Under the pieces are notes generated by a model. That model did not search any database. It saw only the letters and a list, made by a program, of their open reading frames with translations, and was not told where the DNA came from. A program made the position numbers and the translations under genes. From the NCBI GenBank assembly GCA_963744995.1, contig CAVUWA010000002.1, positions 256,001 to 320,000 of the forward strand: a stretch of 64,000 bases of DNA, in the 5' to 3' direction. Shown in pieces: positions 9,449-18,642 of this stretch (positions within the stretch are counted from its first letter, which is position 1; each line of letters starts with the position of its first letter). The DNA comes from Candidatus Eiseniibacteriota bacterium (GTDB lineage Bacteria; Eisenbacteria; RBG-16-71-46).

Positions 9449-11659
9449 ATGTCGTCCACGTTTCGTCCTGCGGCGCATGCTCCCTATCTGCGCCAGCCTC
9501 TCGCCTTCGACCCGCCGCGGCTTCCCGACGGCCATCGCGCGCCGGTCAGCGCCTACTTCGCGCGCCACGTCCTCGACCTCATCAAGCTCAAGGAACGCCT
9601 GCCACAGGAGGCCTACGCCGCGCTGCAGAACACCCTCAGGAACGGCGCGCCGCTCGGCCGTGACACGGCCGAGACGATCGCTTCGGTCGCGCGCGAGTGG
9701 GCCACGTCGCACGGCGCGACGCACTTCACCCACTGGTTCCAGCCGATGACGGGACTCACGGCGGAGAAGCACGACAGCTTCGCCGACCTCAACATCGCGA
9801 TGTGGGGCGAGCTGCGCGTGCTCGAACGCTTCTCGGGCTCGCAGCTCATCCAGAGCGAGCCGGACGCGAGCTCGTTCCCCTCGGGCGGCATGCGCAGCAC
9901 GTTCGAGGCGCGCGGCTACACGGCCTGGGATCCGGGCTCGCCGATGTTCCTGGTCGAGAGTCGCAACGGCCGCACGCTGTGCATCCCGTCGGTGTTCGTC
10001 AGCTATCACGGCGAGAGTCTCGACCACAAGACGCCGGTGCTGCGCGCGCTCGAGGCCCTGAGCTCGCGCGCGGTCACGTTCCTCAAGCTGCTCGGCGACG
10101 GCGACGTGCGCTCGGTGTCCGCGACGCTCGGCTGCGAGCAGGAGTACTTCCTGGTGGATCGGGAGCACTGGGCGGCGCGGCCCGATCTGGTGCTGGCCGG
10201 GCGCACGCTGCTGGGCGCGCCATCGGCGCGCGGCCAGCAGTTCGAGGACCACTACTTCGGTTCGATTCCGGGGCGCGTTCTGGCGTTCATGGAAGAGATG
10301 GAGTTCGAGCTCCATCGCCTCGGCGTGCCGGTCAAGACGCGGCACAACGAGGTCGCGCCGATGCAGTTCGAGATGGCGCCGGTGTTCGAGGACGTCAACC
10401 TCGCCAACGATCACAACGCGCTGGCGATGGACATCATGCGCAAGGTGGCGCACCGGCATCAGTTCGTCTGCCTGCTGCACGAGAAGCCGTTCGACGGCAT
10501 CAACGGCAACGGCAAACACTGCAACTGGAGCATGTCCACCGATCGCGGCGAGAACCTGCTCGACCCGGGCCGGACGCCGCACCAGAATCTGCGCTTCCTG
10601 GCGTTCGTCGCCGCGTGTCTCAAGGGCGTGCACGACCACGCGGACGTGCTGCGCTGGTCGGTGGCGAGCCCCGACAACGATCTGCGGCTCGGCGCCAACG
10701 AGGCGCCGCCGGCGATCATCAGCGTGTTCCTCGGCCAGCTGCTGACCTCGATCATCGAACGCATCGCCTCGGGTGAGAAGATGGCGGATCCCGAGAAGCT
10801 CATGATCCAGCTGGGCGTCGGCCGCATCCCCGAGCTGGCGAAGGACTACACCGACCGCAACCGCACCTCGCCGGTGGCGTTCACGGGGAACAAGTTCGAG
10901 TTCCGCGCCGTCGGCAGCAGCGCGAACACGGCACAGCCGATGTGCATGCTGATCGCCGCCGTGAGCGACGCGCTCGCGCAGATGTCGGCACGGCTGGAGA
11001 AGCGGCTCGAGAACGGCAGCGACCGCGATCAGGAGGTGCTCGGCCTGCTGCGCGAGGTGTTCCAGGAGTCGGCGCCGGTGCGGTTCGAGGGCAACGGTTA
11101 CAGCGAGGAGTGGAAGGCGGAAGCCGCGAAGCGCGGCCTGCCGAACCTCGTGGACACCGTGGCCGCGCTCGAGGCGCTCCAGGCGGATCCGAAACGCACC
11201 GAATTTCTGTGCGAGCTGGGCATCTTCACCCGGCGCGAGATCGAGAGCCGCTTCAACGTGGCGCTCGAGCGTTACATCAAGACGGTCGAGCTCGAGGCCG
11301 ACACGGTGCTCGAGCTGCTGAACACGTACGTGCTGCCGGCGGGCGAGCGACAGCTCGCGTCGAGCACGGCGGCGGTCGAGGCGCTGAAGAAGGCCGGCGT
11401 GCAGTCGGGACCGGCGCTGTCGCGCGCGGCCGGGATCGGCGGCGCGGTGGCGGCGGTGGCAGACGCGGCGCACGCGCTCAAGCAGAGCATCGAAAAGGCG
11501 GACGGCATCCACGACGAGATGAAGCACGCGCGGGTGCTGGCGGACGAAGTCCGGGCGTCGATGGCCACCGCGCGCGCGGCGGCCGATCGCCTCGAACACC
11601 TCGTGGACGCATCGACCTGGGCGCTGCCGCGCTACCGGGAGATGCTGTTCGTGCGGTAG
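9449..11659 (+). CDS. glnN: Glutamine synthetase type III
   Basis: HFTHWFQPMTGLTAEKHD, EPDASSFPSGG.R.TFEARGYTAWD, HNEVAP.QFE, HEKPF.GING.GKH.NWS and DRNRTSP.AFTGNKFEFR; 736 aa. Confidence 0.95.
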   Translation: MSSTFRPAAHAPYLRQPLAFDPPRLPDGHRAPVSAYFARHVLDLIKLKERLPQEAYAALQNTLRNGAPLGRDTAETIASVAREWATSHGATHFTHWFQPMTGLTAEKHDSFADLNIAMWGELRVLERFSGSQLIQSEPDASSFPSGGMRSTFEARGYTAWDPGSPMFLVESRNGRTLCIPSVFVSYHGESLDHKTPVLRALEALSSRAVTFLKLLGDGDVRSVSATLGCEQEYFLVDREHWAARPDLVLAGRTLLGAPSARGQQFEDHYFGSIPGRVLAFMEEMEFELHRLGVPVKTRHNEVAPMQFEMAPVFEDVNLANDHNALAMDIMRKVAHRHQFVCLLHEKPFDGINGNGKHCNWSMSTDRGENLLDPGRTPHQNLRFLAFVAACLKGVHDHADVLRWSVASPDNDLRLGANEAPPAIISVFLGQLLTSIIERIASGEKMADPEKLMIQLGVGRIPELAKDYTDRNRTSPVAFTGNKFEFRAVGSSANTAQPMCMLIAAVSDALAQMSARLEKRLENGSDRDQEVLGLLREVFQESAPVRFEGNGYSEEWKAEAAKRGLPNLVDTVAALEALQADPKRTEFLCELGIFTRREIESRFNVALERYIKTVELEADTVLELLNTYVLPAGERQLASSTAAVEALKKAGVQSGPALSRAAGIGGAVAAVADAAHALKQSIEKADGIHDEMKHARVLADEVRASMATARAAADRLEHLVDASTWALPRYREMLFVR

Positions 11660-11663
11660 CGGC

Positions 11664-11694
11664 AGGGGGCCCGAGGCATGCGCCCCGGGCCCTT
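11664..11694 (+). terminator. GC-rich hairpin after glnN (possible terminator)
   Basis: AGGGGGCCCGAGGC...GCCCCGGGCCCTT imperfect inverted repeat just after the stop; very short U-tract. Confidence 0.35.
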
Positions 11695-11718
11695 CCGCAG
11701 CGCTCGAGCGCGTTCGCC

Positions 11719-12312
11719 ATGTCACGCCCCCGGATCCGCTGCAGGTGGGCCCGCCTCACGAATCCCCTGTACGTGGCCTATCACGACGAAGAGTGGGGCG
11801 TGCCGTCGCACGACGATCGGCACCTGTTCGAGATGCTGATCCTCGAAGGGGCGCAGGCGGGACTCAGCTGGGAGACGATCCTCAACAAGCGTGCCGCCTA
11901 CCGCAAGGCCTACGCCGGCTTCGATCCGCGCCGCGTCGCGCGTTTCGACGCGAGGAAGAAGCGCGCGCTGCTCGCCGACGCCGGCATCGTGCGCAACCGC
12001 CTGAAGATCGACGCTTCGATTTCGAACGCGACGGCGTTCCTCCAGGTGCGGCAGGAGTTCGGCAGCTTCGACCGCTACATCTGGTCGTTCGTGGGCGGCA
12101 GGCCGCAGCGCAACGCCTGGAAGTCGCTGCGCGAGATTCCGACCCGCACCGCCGAGTCCGACGCGATGAGTCGCGATCTGAAGAAGCGCGGCTTCCGCTT
12201 CGTGGGCTCGACGATCTGTTACGCGTTCATGCAGGCGGTCGGCATGGTGAACGACCACACCACCGACTGCTTTCGCTACCGGCGGGCCGGGCGCGGGGCG
12301 GCACGAAGCTAG
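11719..12312 (+). CDS. tag: DNA-3-methyladenine glycosylase I
   Basis: RCRW...YHDEEWG, LFEMLILEGAQAGLSW.TIL.KR and FVGSTICYAFMQAVGMVNDH...C. Confidence 0.95.
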   Translation: MSRPRIRCRWARLTNPLYVAYHDEEWGVPSHDDRHLFEMLILEGAQAGLSWETILNKRAAYRKAYAGFDPRRVARFDARKKRALLADAGIVRNRLKIDASISNATAFLQVRQEFGSFDRYIWSFVGGRPQRNAWKSLREIPTRTAESDAMSRDLKKRGFRFVGSTICYAFMQAVGMVNDHTTDCFRYRRAGRGAARS

Positions 12313-12413
12313 TGTCGCGGGGCCGGCGGGTCCGCTAGCATGGGCACCCGTCGGGTCCGCCCGGGCCGGCGCCGCGTCCGGGCGAACCGTTCCCCTTCGC
12401 CCCGGAGGCTCCG

Positions 12414-13931
12414 TTGCGCGCCTTTCCCGTCGCTCTGACCCTGCTGCTCTGGTCCGCACCCGCGCTCGCGGCCGGTGGTTTCGGCCACGTCTCGTTCGCC
12501 AACTCCGGCGCTCCCGCCGCGCAGGCCGACTTTCAGGAAGCCATGGCGATGCTGCACGACTTCGAATACGAGTCGGCCGCGAAGACGTTCCGGCGCGTGC
12601 AGGCGGCCGATCCCGGCTTCGCCATGGCCTACTGGGGCGAGGCCATGACGTACAACCATCCGATCTGGATGGAGCAGGATCTCGAGAGCGCACGCGCCGC
12701 CTTGAACCGGCTCGCGCCGACCCCGGCCGCGCGGCGGGCGAAGGCGGGCACCGGGCGCGAGAAGGACTACCTCGATGCCATCGAGATCCTGTACGGCGAC
12801 GGCACCAAGATCGATCGTGACTTCCGCTACGAAGCAGCGATGAAGAAGCTGCACGAAGAGTACCCCGGCGACGTGGACGCGACCGCGTTCTACGGCCTCT
12901 CGATCCTGGGGACCGCGCACGCCGGGCGCGACATTCCGACCTACATGCGAGCGGCCGGAGTGCTGGAGGAGGCGTGGGTGGACCATCGCGAGCACCCGGG
13001 GCTCGTGCACTACTTGATCCACTCCTACGACGATCCCGCGCACGCGCCGCTCGGGCTCCGGGCGGCGCGGATCTACGCGCGCATCGCGCCCGACGCCGGC
13101 CACGCGCAGCACATGACGTCGCACATCTTCCTCGCGCTCGGGATGTGGAAGGAGAGCCTCGAGGCGAACATCCATGCGATCGCGGCCGTGGATCGTATGC
13201 GCGAGGCGGCGGGCAGGGATCCGCTCGTCTGCGGCCACTATCCGACCTGGCTCGGCTACTCGTACCTGCAGCTGGGGCGTACCGAAGCAGCGCACGCCAC
13301 GCTCGAACGCTGCGGTGATCAGGCGGTGGCGGCGGCGGGCGCGCGCGCCGGCGAATCGCTCGACCCCGACCACAGCCTGGGTGGATCGTTCGCGAACATG
13401 CGGCTGCGTTACCTGATCGACACGGGCGACTGGAAAGGCGATGTGGCCCGCGCCACGCTGCCGCCGGGCTCGGGGGCGGGCGCGCGGCTCGACTTCGCAT
13501 TCGGCAACGCGCTGTGCGCGGTCGGGGTCGGTGACCCGGCGGCGGCGGGTGCGGCGCTGAAGGACCTCGAGACCGTGGGCAGCGAGGTCGCCGCCATCGA
13601 ACGGAACAACGCGGACCCGGACTCCACCTACCGTATCCGCCCCGCGATCTTCGTGATGGAGACGAAGGGCCTGATCGCCGAGCTGAACGGCGACGTCGCG
13701 GGGGCCGGAGAGCAGCTCGCGGCGGCCGCGGCCGCCGAGGACCGCCTGCCGATCGCGTTCGGCCCGCCGACCATCGACAAGCCGACCCACGAGCTGCTCG
13801 GCGAATTCCTGCTCCGGCACGGGAAGGCCGCCGAGGCGCGCGCCGAGTTCGTGAAGGCACTCGCGCGCACGCCCGGCCGGCGGCTCGCGGTGCAGGGACT
13901 GGCCGCTTCGGCGGGCGCCGCGCCCCGATGA
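12414..13931 (+). CDS. Secreted TPR-repeat protein with conserved His motifs
   Basis: GGAGG RBS, TTG start, signal peptide; DPGFAMAYWGEAM, HPGLVHYLIHSYD and HAQHMTSHIF motifs. Confidence 0.75.
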   Translation: MRAFPVALTLLLWSAPALAAGGFGHVSFANSGAPAAQADFQEAMAMLHDFEYESAAKTFRRVQAADPGFAMAYWGEAMTYNHPIWMEQDLESARAALNRLAPTPAARRAKAGTGREKDYLDAIEILYGDGTKIDRDFRYEAAMKKLHEEYPGDVDATAFYGLSILGTAHAGRDIPTYMRAAGVLEEAWVDHREHPGLVHYLIHSYDDPAHAPLGLRAARIYARIAPDAGHAQHMTSHIFLALGMWKESLEANIHAIAAVDRMREAAGRDPLVCGHYPTWLGYSYLQLGRTEAAHATLERCGDQAVAAAGARAGESLDPDHSLGGSFANMRLRYLIDTGDWKGDVARATLPPGSGAGARLDFAFGNALCAVGVGDPAAAGAALKDLETVGSEVAAIERNNADPDSTYRIRPAIFVMETKGLIAELNGDVAGAGEQLAAAAAAEDRLPIAFGPPTIDKPTHELLGEFLLRHGKAAEARAEFVKALARTPGRRLAVQGLAASAGAAPR

Positions 13932-13970
13932 TCGCGGTCACACGGGGGTGAGCCGCCGCGTAATCGCCCC

Positions 13971-14924
13971 ATGCGCACGCTTCCGTTTCTGATCCTCGCG
14001 CTGGCCACGGGCGGTGCCGCGGTTCCGGGGGCGCCGCCGCAGCCGGAGCTCGGCGCGGTTCACTGGGGCCGCGACTTCGACGGCGCCCGCGCCGAGGCGG
14101 CGGCGAGCGGCCGGCCGATGCTCGTCCTGTTCCAGGAGGTGCCCGGTTGTCGGACGTGCCGGGACTTCGGTGGCGGCCCGCTCTCGAACCCGCTGATCGT
14201 CGAGGCGATCGAAACGGAGTTCGTTCCGGTGCTGGTCTACAACAACCGGCCCGCGGACGCGGCGACGCTGCAGGCGTGCCGCGAACCCGCGTGGAACAAT
14301 CCGGTGATCCGCTTCTTCGACGGCCGGGGCCGCGACGTGATCCCGCGCGCAAGCGGCGTGTATGAGGCGGGCGGCGTGGCCGGCCGCATGGCGGCGGCGC
14401 TGCGCGCGGCCGGTAGACCCGTGCCCGGGTACCTCGAGAACCTGGTCGCCGAGACCGCGCCCGCGCGACGCGAGCGCGCGACGATCGCGATGCACTGCTT
14501 CTGGGAGGGCGAGGCGGCGCTCGGCGGTCTGGACGGCGTGCTGGCGACGCGCGCCGCGTACCTCGACGGGCGCGAGGTGGTGGACGTCACCTTCGACGCG
14601 GCGGTTCTGCCGTACGAGCGTCTCGTCGACGCTGCCGAACGGGCGGGGCTGGCGGACCGTGTCTACGCGCGTGACGCGGCGGAGCTCGGCGCCGCGCGTC
14701 GGATCGTCGGGGATCGCGCGATCACGGGCGACAGGGCGTCGCAGCCGGCGGGAGCGGACGATCAGAAGCGCCATCTGCGCTTCTCGCCGCTGCGGGCGCT
14801 CGAGCTGACCCCGCTGCAGGCGGCGCGCGTCAATGCCGCACTGGCCGCGGGAACGCCGCCGGAGCGCTGGCTGAGTCCGCGGCAGCGCGCTGCCGCGCGC
14901 GCGCTGACGACCGCCACGCGCTAG
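13971..14924 (+). CDS. VPGUxxT-family thioredoxin-like protein (Cys form) fused to an MsrA-like segment
   Basis: Signal peptide; LFQEVPGCRTC thioredoxin motif; EPAWNNPV; HCFWEGE resembling the MsrA GCFWG motif. Confidence 0.75.
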   Translation: MRTLPFLILALATGGAAVPGAPPQPELGAVHWGRDFDGARAEAAASGRPMLVLFQEVPGCRTCRDFGGGPLSNPLIVEAIETEFVPVLVYNNRPADAATLQACREPAWNNPVIRFFDGRGRDVIPRASGVYEAGGVAGRMAAALRAAGRPVPGYLENLVAETAPARRERATIAMHCFWEGEAALGGLDGVLATRAAYLDGREVVDVTFDAAVLPYERLVDAAERAGLADRVYARDAAELGAARRIVGDRAITGDRASQPAGADDQKRHLRFSPLRALELTPLQAARVNAALAAGTPPERWLSPRQRAAARALTTATR

Positions 14925-14933
14925 CTGCGCGGC

Positions 14934-16061
14934 TCAGCCGTTCGAGCCCGACTCCGGTTTCGCTGCCGCCCCGCCGCCGCCCGCGGCGGATTCCTTCGCC
15001 TGGACCTGGTCCGCTCCGTCCTTCTTCACGTCGAGCGGATTCACGAACGTCACCACGCGCTGCGGGAACGGGATTTCGATGCCCTCCTGCGCGTAGCGGG
15101 CGTGCAGGCGCTTCACGAACTCGTGCGTCGTCAGGTAGCGGTCGACGAACGTCTGCACGCGCAGGATGACGCTGAAGTTGATCGAGGAATCGCCGAACTG
15201 GTTGTAGCGCGTGAACGGCTCGAATTCGCCCACGCCACCCTGCACGTGCCGCAGCGTTTCGCGCGCGACTTCGATCGTCACCTTTTCGACGAAGGCGAGG
15301 TCGGAATCGTAGCTCACGCCGACCGGAATCACGACCGACTGTTCGTCCACCGGCATCGAGTAGTTGCGCACGATCAGGTCGGCGAGCTTCGCGTTGGGGA
15401 CGATGTACAGGTTGTTCGGCAGCTCGCGGATCTGCGTGGTGCGCCAGTCGATGTCCTCGACGTAGCCCGTCTGTCCGGACTCCAGCTCGATGAAGTCGCC
15501 GATCCGCACCTTGCGCGCCAGCGTGATCTGAAAACCGGCGAACAGGTTCGAAAGGGTCGGTTGCAGCGCGAGCGCCACGGCCAGCGAGCCGACGCCCAGG
15601 GCCGTGATGATGGGGGTGATCGCGATGCCGACGTTCGACGCGATCACCAGCAGGCCCAGCGAGATCACGATGATCCGGATCGCATTCTGGACCAGGCTCG
15701 ACGACTGCGAGCCGTCGCCCCAGGTCTTTGCCGATTCGGCCAGGATGCCGGTCAGGATCGCGGACAGGGCGATCGTCACCGAGAGGATGAACAACGCCGT
15801 GACGGAGCGGTAGATCCAGAACATCAACTCCCACGGCCCCATGATGTGCCGGAGGCCGACCACGAGACCGAGCAGCAGGAACCAGAGGGGGATGTGCGGC
15901 TTGAGTGCGGCGAGCAGAATGTCGTCGAGGTTCGTCTTCGTCCTGCTGAAGACCTGGGCGACGCGCGGCAGCAGGAGGCGGGTGAGCACCCAGCCGAGGA
16001 GCCATGCGCCCGCTGCGAGGCCGGTGCCGACGAGGATTCTGTTGAGCAGCGCCTGATCCAT
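14934..16061 (-). CDS. Small-conductance mechanosensitive channel (MscS family)
   Basis: LAVALALQPTLSNLFAG, RIGDFI, GYVEDIDWRTT, VPNAKL, GVSYDSD and GIEIPFPQR. Confidence 0.93.
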   Translation of the reverse strand: MDQALLNRILVGTGLAAGAWLLGWVLTRLLLPRVAQVFSRTKTNLDDILLAALKPHIPLWFLLLGLVVGLRHIMGPWELMFWIYRSVTALFILSVTIALSAILTGILAESAKTWGDGSQSSSLVQNAIRIIVISLGLLVIASNVGIAITPIITALGVGSLAVALALQPTLSNLFAGFQITLARKVRIGDFIELESGQTGYVEDIDWRTTQIRELPNNLYIVPNAKLADLIVRNYSMPVDEQSVVIPVGVSYDSDLAFVEKVTIEVARETLRHVQGGVGEFEPFTRYNQFGDSSINFSVILRVQTFVDRYLTTHEFVKRLHARYAQEGIEIPFPQRVVTFVNPLDVKKDGADQVQAKESAAGGGGAAAKPESGSNG

Positions 16062-16165
16062 GCGTAACGCTCCCTGACGCCGGGCGCGGTGGCCATCACC
16101 GCGTCGAATTCCCTGCGATCACGCGCGGGGCCGCGTCGTTTCCTACCTAGAACATCGGTTTCCCT

Positions 16166-16194
16166 TTGTCCAGCCGTCGGCCGGGCCCTACTAT
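16166..16194 (+). promoter_or_regulatory. Sigma70-type promoter
   Basis: TTGTCC-N17-TACTAT upstream of the 16327 gene. Confidence 0.6.
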
Positions 16195-16326
16195 CGTTCA
16201 TCGCGCCCGGCCGCCCCCTGCCGGGCCGCGCGTTCCCGTTCGACGGCCGGTTCCCCGAGGCGACTTCCCATTCCAGCCCCAGACCACACTCCTCTGCGTC
16301 CGCGGCGCGCGGGCGCCGCCGCACTC

Positions 16327-18642
16327 GTGGCCCTGGTCATGATCGCGGTGCCCGTGCGCGCCCTGGCGGTGCTCGATATCGGCGACGACGGTCCGGTGAT
16401 CGACGCCGGCGGATTCCGCATGCGCGTCACCAACGCCGGCATCGTCGGCAACGCCTTTCTCGATGCGGGCCGCTCGTTCGACCCGTCGTTCGAGTTCCCG
16501 CCGTATTCCGGCATCGAATTGCTCAACTACGCGTCGCTGTGGGTCGGCGCGGTGGACGACCGGAATCGGACACGGGTTTCGGGCGGCCCGCTGCTGGAGT
16601 TCCGCCCCACACTCGACCCGGCGGACGATGTCCGCACGGTGCATCGTGGCGAACCGGGGACGAAGTGGCGCTTCGACGACGACCACGACGGCCGGATCGA
16701 CGAGGAGATCCTGAACGGCAAGGACGACGACGGCGACGGCCAGATCGACGAAGACCTGGGCTTCACGTTCGACGAGCTGATGGCGGCCGACTACGTGGAC
16801 GATCGGCCGGAGGCCACGAACTATGCCTACGACACGGGCGAGACGCACGTGCCGCTCGGTCTGTCGGTGCACCAGGAGGTGGGTGCGTGGTCGCGCGTCG
16901 GCTTCAACCACGTCGCGGTGCTGCGCTATACGATCACCCACCACGGGTCCGGTCGGCTGCACGACGTCTACGTGGGCCTGCTCACCGACCTCGACGTGAC
17001 GCTGCGCAGTGATCGCACGGGGCATCTCGACGACCGGGCCGTGCAGGGGAGCTGGAGCCGGACGTTCAACGAGGGGCTGTCAGACGCGATTACCCTCGGC
17101 TACTACGGGCCCGTCATCCCGGGAATGAAGCACGACTGCTTCGTGACGCGCAGCTATTCGGGGCCGATGCTCGTGGACGGTTTTTCGCCCGACCTGCCGA
17201 TCGTGACCGTCGTACCGCTGGACCACACCGTTGATCCGGTCGCCCGGGTGGGGCCGATCGCATCCTATGCGCGCGCGCCGGGACAGGTGTCGTTTCGCTC
17301 GGCGGTGTTCTCCGCTCGTGGCGTCAGCGGGCAGGGCGGCGTCCCGCGCTTCGATGCCGACCGCTACGAGGCGCTGGCCGGGCGGCTGAGCACGTCGACG
17401 AAAGAGAAGGACGATCAGGTGGTGCTCATCTCGTGCGGGCCGTTCAGGACGCTGGATCCGGGGCAGTCGCTCACGTTCGATGTCGCGCTGGTCGCCAGCG
17501 GGAGCGCCGACAGCCTCGCCACCGCGATCGGAAACCTGTTCTACCTGCACCAGGGCTACGAACTCGATCTGATTCCCGACTACATGGGACGCGACTCCCT
17601 GCTCTACCTGGTCGGCGAAACGGGCCGCAACGGCCACGATACGCCGATCGCCGCGCCGCCCGGCGTGACGTTCATCTACGACAAGGATTGCGTGGCCAAG
17701 ATCCCCGACGACATCGAGCCGCTGCCCACCCAGACGTTGTTCGAGCCCGGTGTCCCGCACTGGACCGACACCGACTGTGACGAATGCACCGGGCGTCGCG
17801 GACTGGATACCCGGGTGCACTACATCGACCCAGGCCAGGTGCCGCCGGCGCCACGCATGCGGGCCTCGCCCGGCGACCACGATGTTCTGATCGCCTGGGA
17901 CAACACGCCGGAGGCGCTGCTCGCCGCGGGCCAGTACGGCGGTGGCCAGTCCCGCTTCCTCGGCTACCGTATCTACCGGCTCGCCGACTGGCGCGATCGC
18001 CGTGACCTGCTGCCGCCGCTCGACAACTGGTCGCTGCGTGCCGCGTTCGGGCCGGATTCCGTGAACGGCGAGATCCCGCTCGCCGGCGTGACCGACTCGA
18101 CCGTCGTTCCCGAAGGCACGCTGCTCGGCCAGACGCTCTATCCGCCTGGCCGCTACGCGTTCCACGACCGCACCGCGGGCAACGGTTTCGACTACGTCTA
18201 CGTGGTGACCGCCGTCTACGAATTGCGCATCACCGGTGGGCCCAACGGCGCCGAGATCAGCGTGCTCGAGAGTCCGATCATCGCCTCGTTCGACGATCGC
18301 GTGTCGCCGCAGGCGGCCACGCGCACGACGAAGAACGCCGTGTGGGTCGTGCCGAACCCGTTTCGCGGCGCGGCCGGATGGGACAGGCCGCCGACCCTCG
18401 GCGATCCGCTGCCGCGGCACATCGACTTCATGGGCCTGCCCCCCGGACGCGCGGTGATCAAGATCTGGACCGTGGCCGGCGACCTGGTGGCGCGCGTCGA
18501 CCACGACGGCGCGGGCGGCGACGGGCAGGCGAGCTGGGACCTGGTGTCGCGCAACGGGCAGGACATCGAGTCGGGCATCTACCTGTTCACGGTGGATTCG
18601 TCGCTCGGCACGCAACGCGGCAAGTTCGTGGTGGTGCGATGA
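16327..18642 (+). CDS. Large secreted protein with DxDxDG Ca-binding-like repeats, Fn3-like segment and T9SS/FlgD-like C-terminal domain
   Basis: DDDHDGRIDEE...DDDGDGQIDED; C-terminus VVPNPF...WDLVSRNGQDIESGIYLFTVDS...GKFVVVR; true start may lie slightly upstream. Confidence 0.75.
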   Translation: MALVMIAVPVRALAVLDIGDDGPVIDAGGFRMRVTNAGIVGNAFLDAGRSFDPSFEFPPYSGIELLNYASLWVGAVDDRNRTRVSGGPLLEFRPTLDPADDVRTVHRGEPGTKWRFDDDHDGRIDEEILNGKDDDGDGQIDEDLGFTFDELMAADYVDDRPEATNYAYDTGETHVPLGLSVHQEVGAWSRVGFNHVAVLRYTITHHGSGRLHDVYVGLLTDLDVTLRSDRTGHLDDRAVQGSWSRTFNEGLSDAITLGYYGPVIPGMKHDCFVTRSYSGPMLVDGFSPDLPIVTVVPLDHTVDPVARVGPIASYARAPGQVSFRSAVFSARGVSGQGGVPRFDADRYEALAGRLSTSTKEKDDQVVLISCGPFRTLDPGQSLTFDVALVASGSADSLATAIGNLFYLHQGYELDLIPDYMGRDSLLYLVGETGRNGHDTPIAAPPGVTFIYDKDCVAKIPDDIEPLPTQTLFEPGVPHWTDTDCDECTGRRGLDTRVHYIDPGQVPPAPRMRASPGDHDVLIAWDNTPEALLAAGQYGGGQSRFLGYRIYRLADWRDRRDLLPPLDNWSLRAAFGPDSVNGEIPLAGVTDSTVVPEGTLLGQTLYPPGRYAFHDRTAGNGFDYVYVVTAVYELRITGGPNGAEISVLESPIIASFDDRVSPQAATRTTKNAVWVVPNPFRGAAGWDRPPTLGDPLPRHIDFMGLPPGRAVIKIWTVAGDLVARVDHDGAGGDGQASWDLVSRNGQDIESGIYLFTVDSSLGTQRGKFVVVR

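Noticed and set aside
8678..11725. 1015-aa - strand ORF
   Set aside because: Antisense shadow of glnN; only 8678-9220 (GNAT) is credible
13971..14924. Selenocysteine recoding
   Set aside because: The position is TGT (Cys); the ORF has no in-frame TGA
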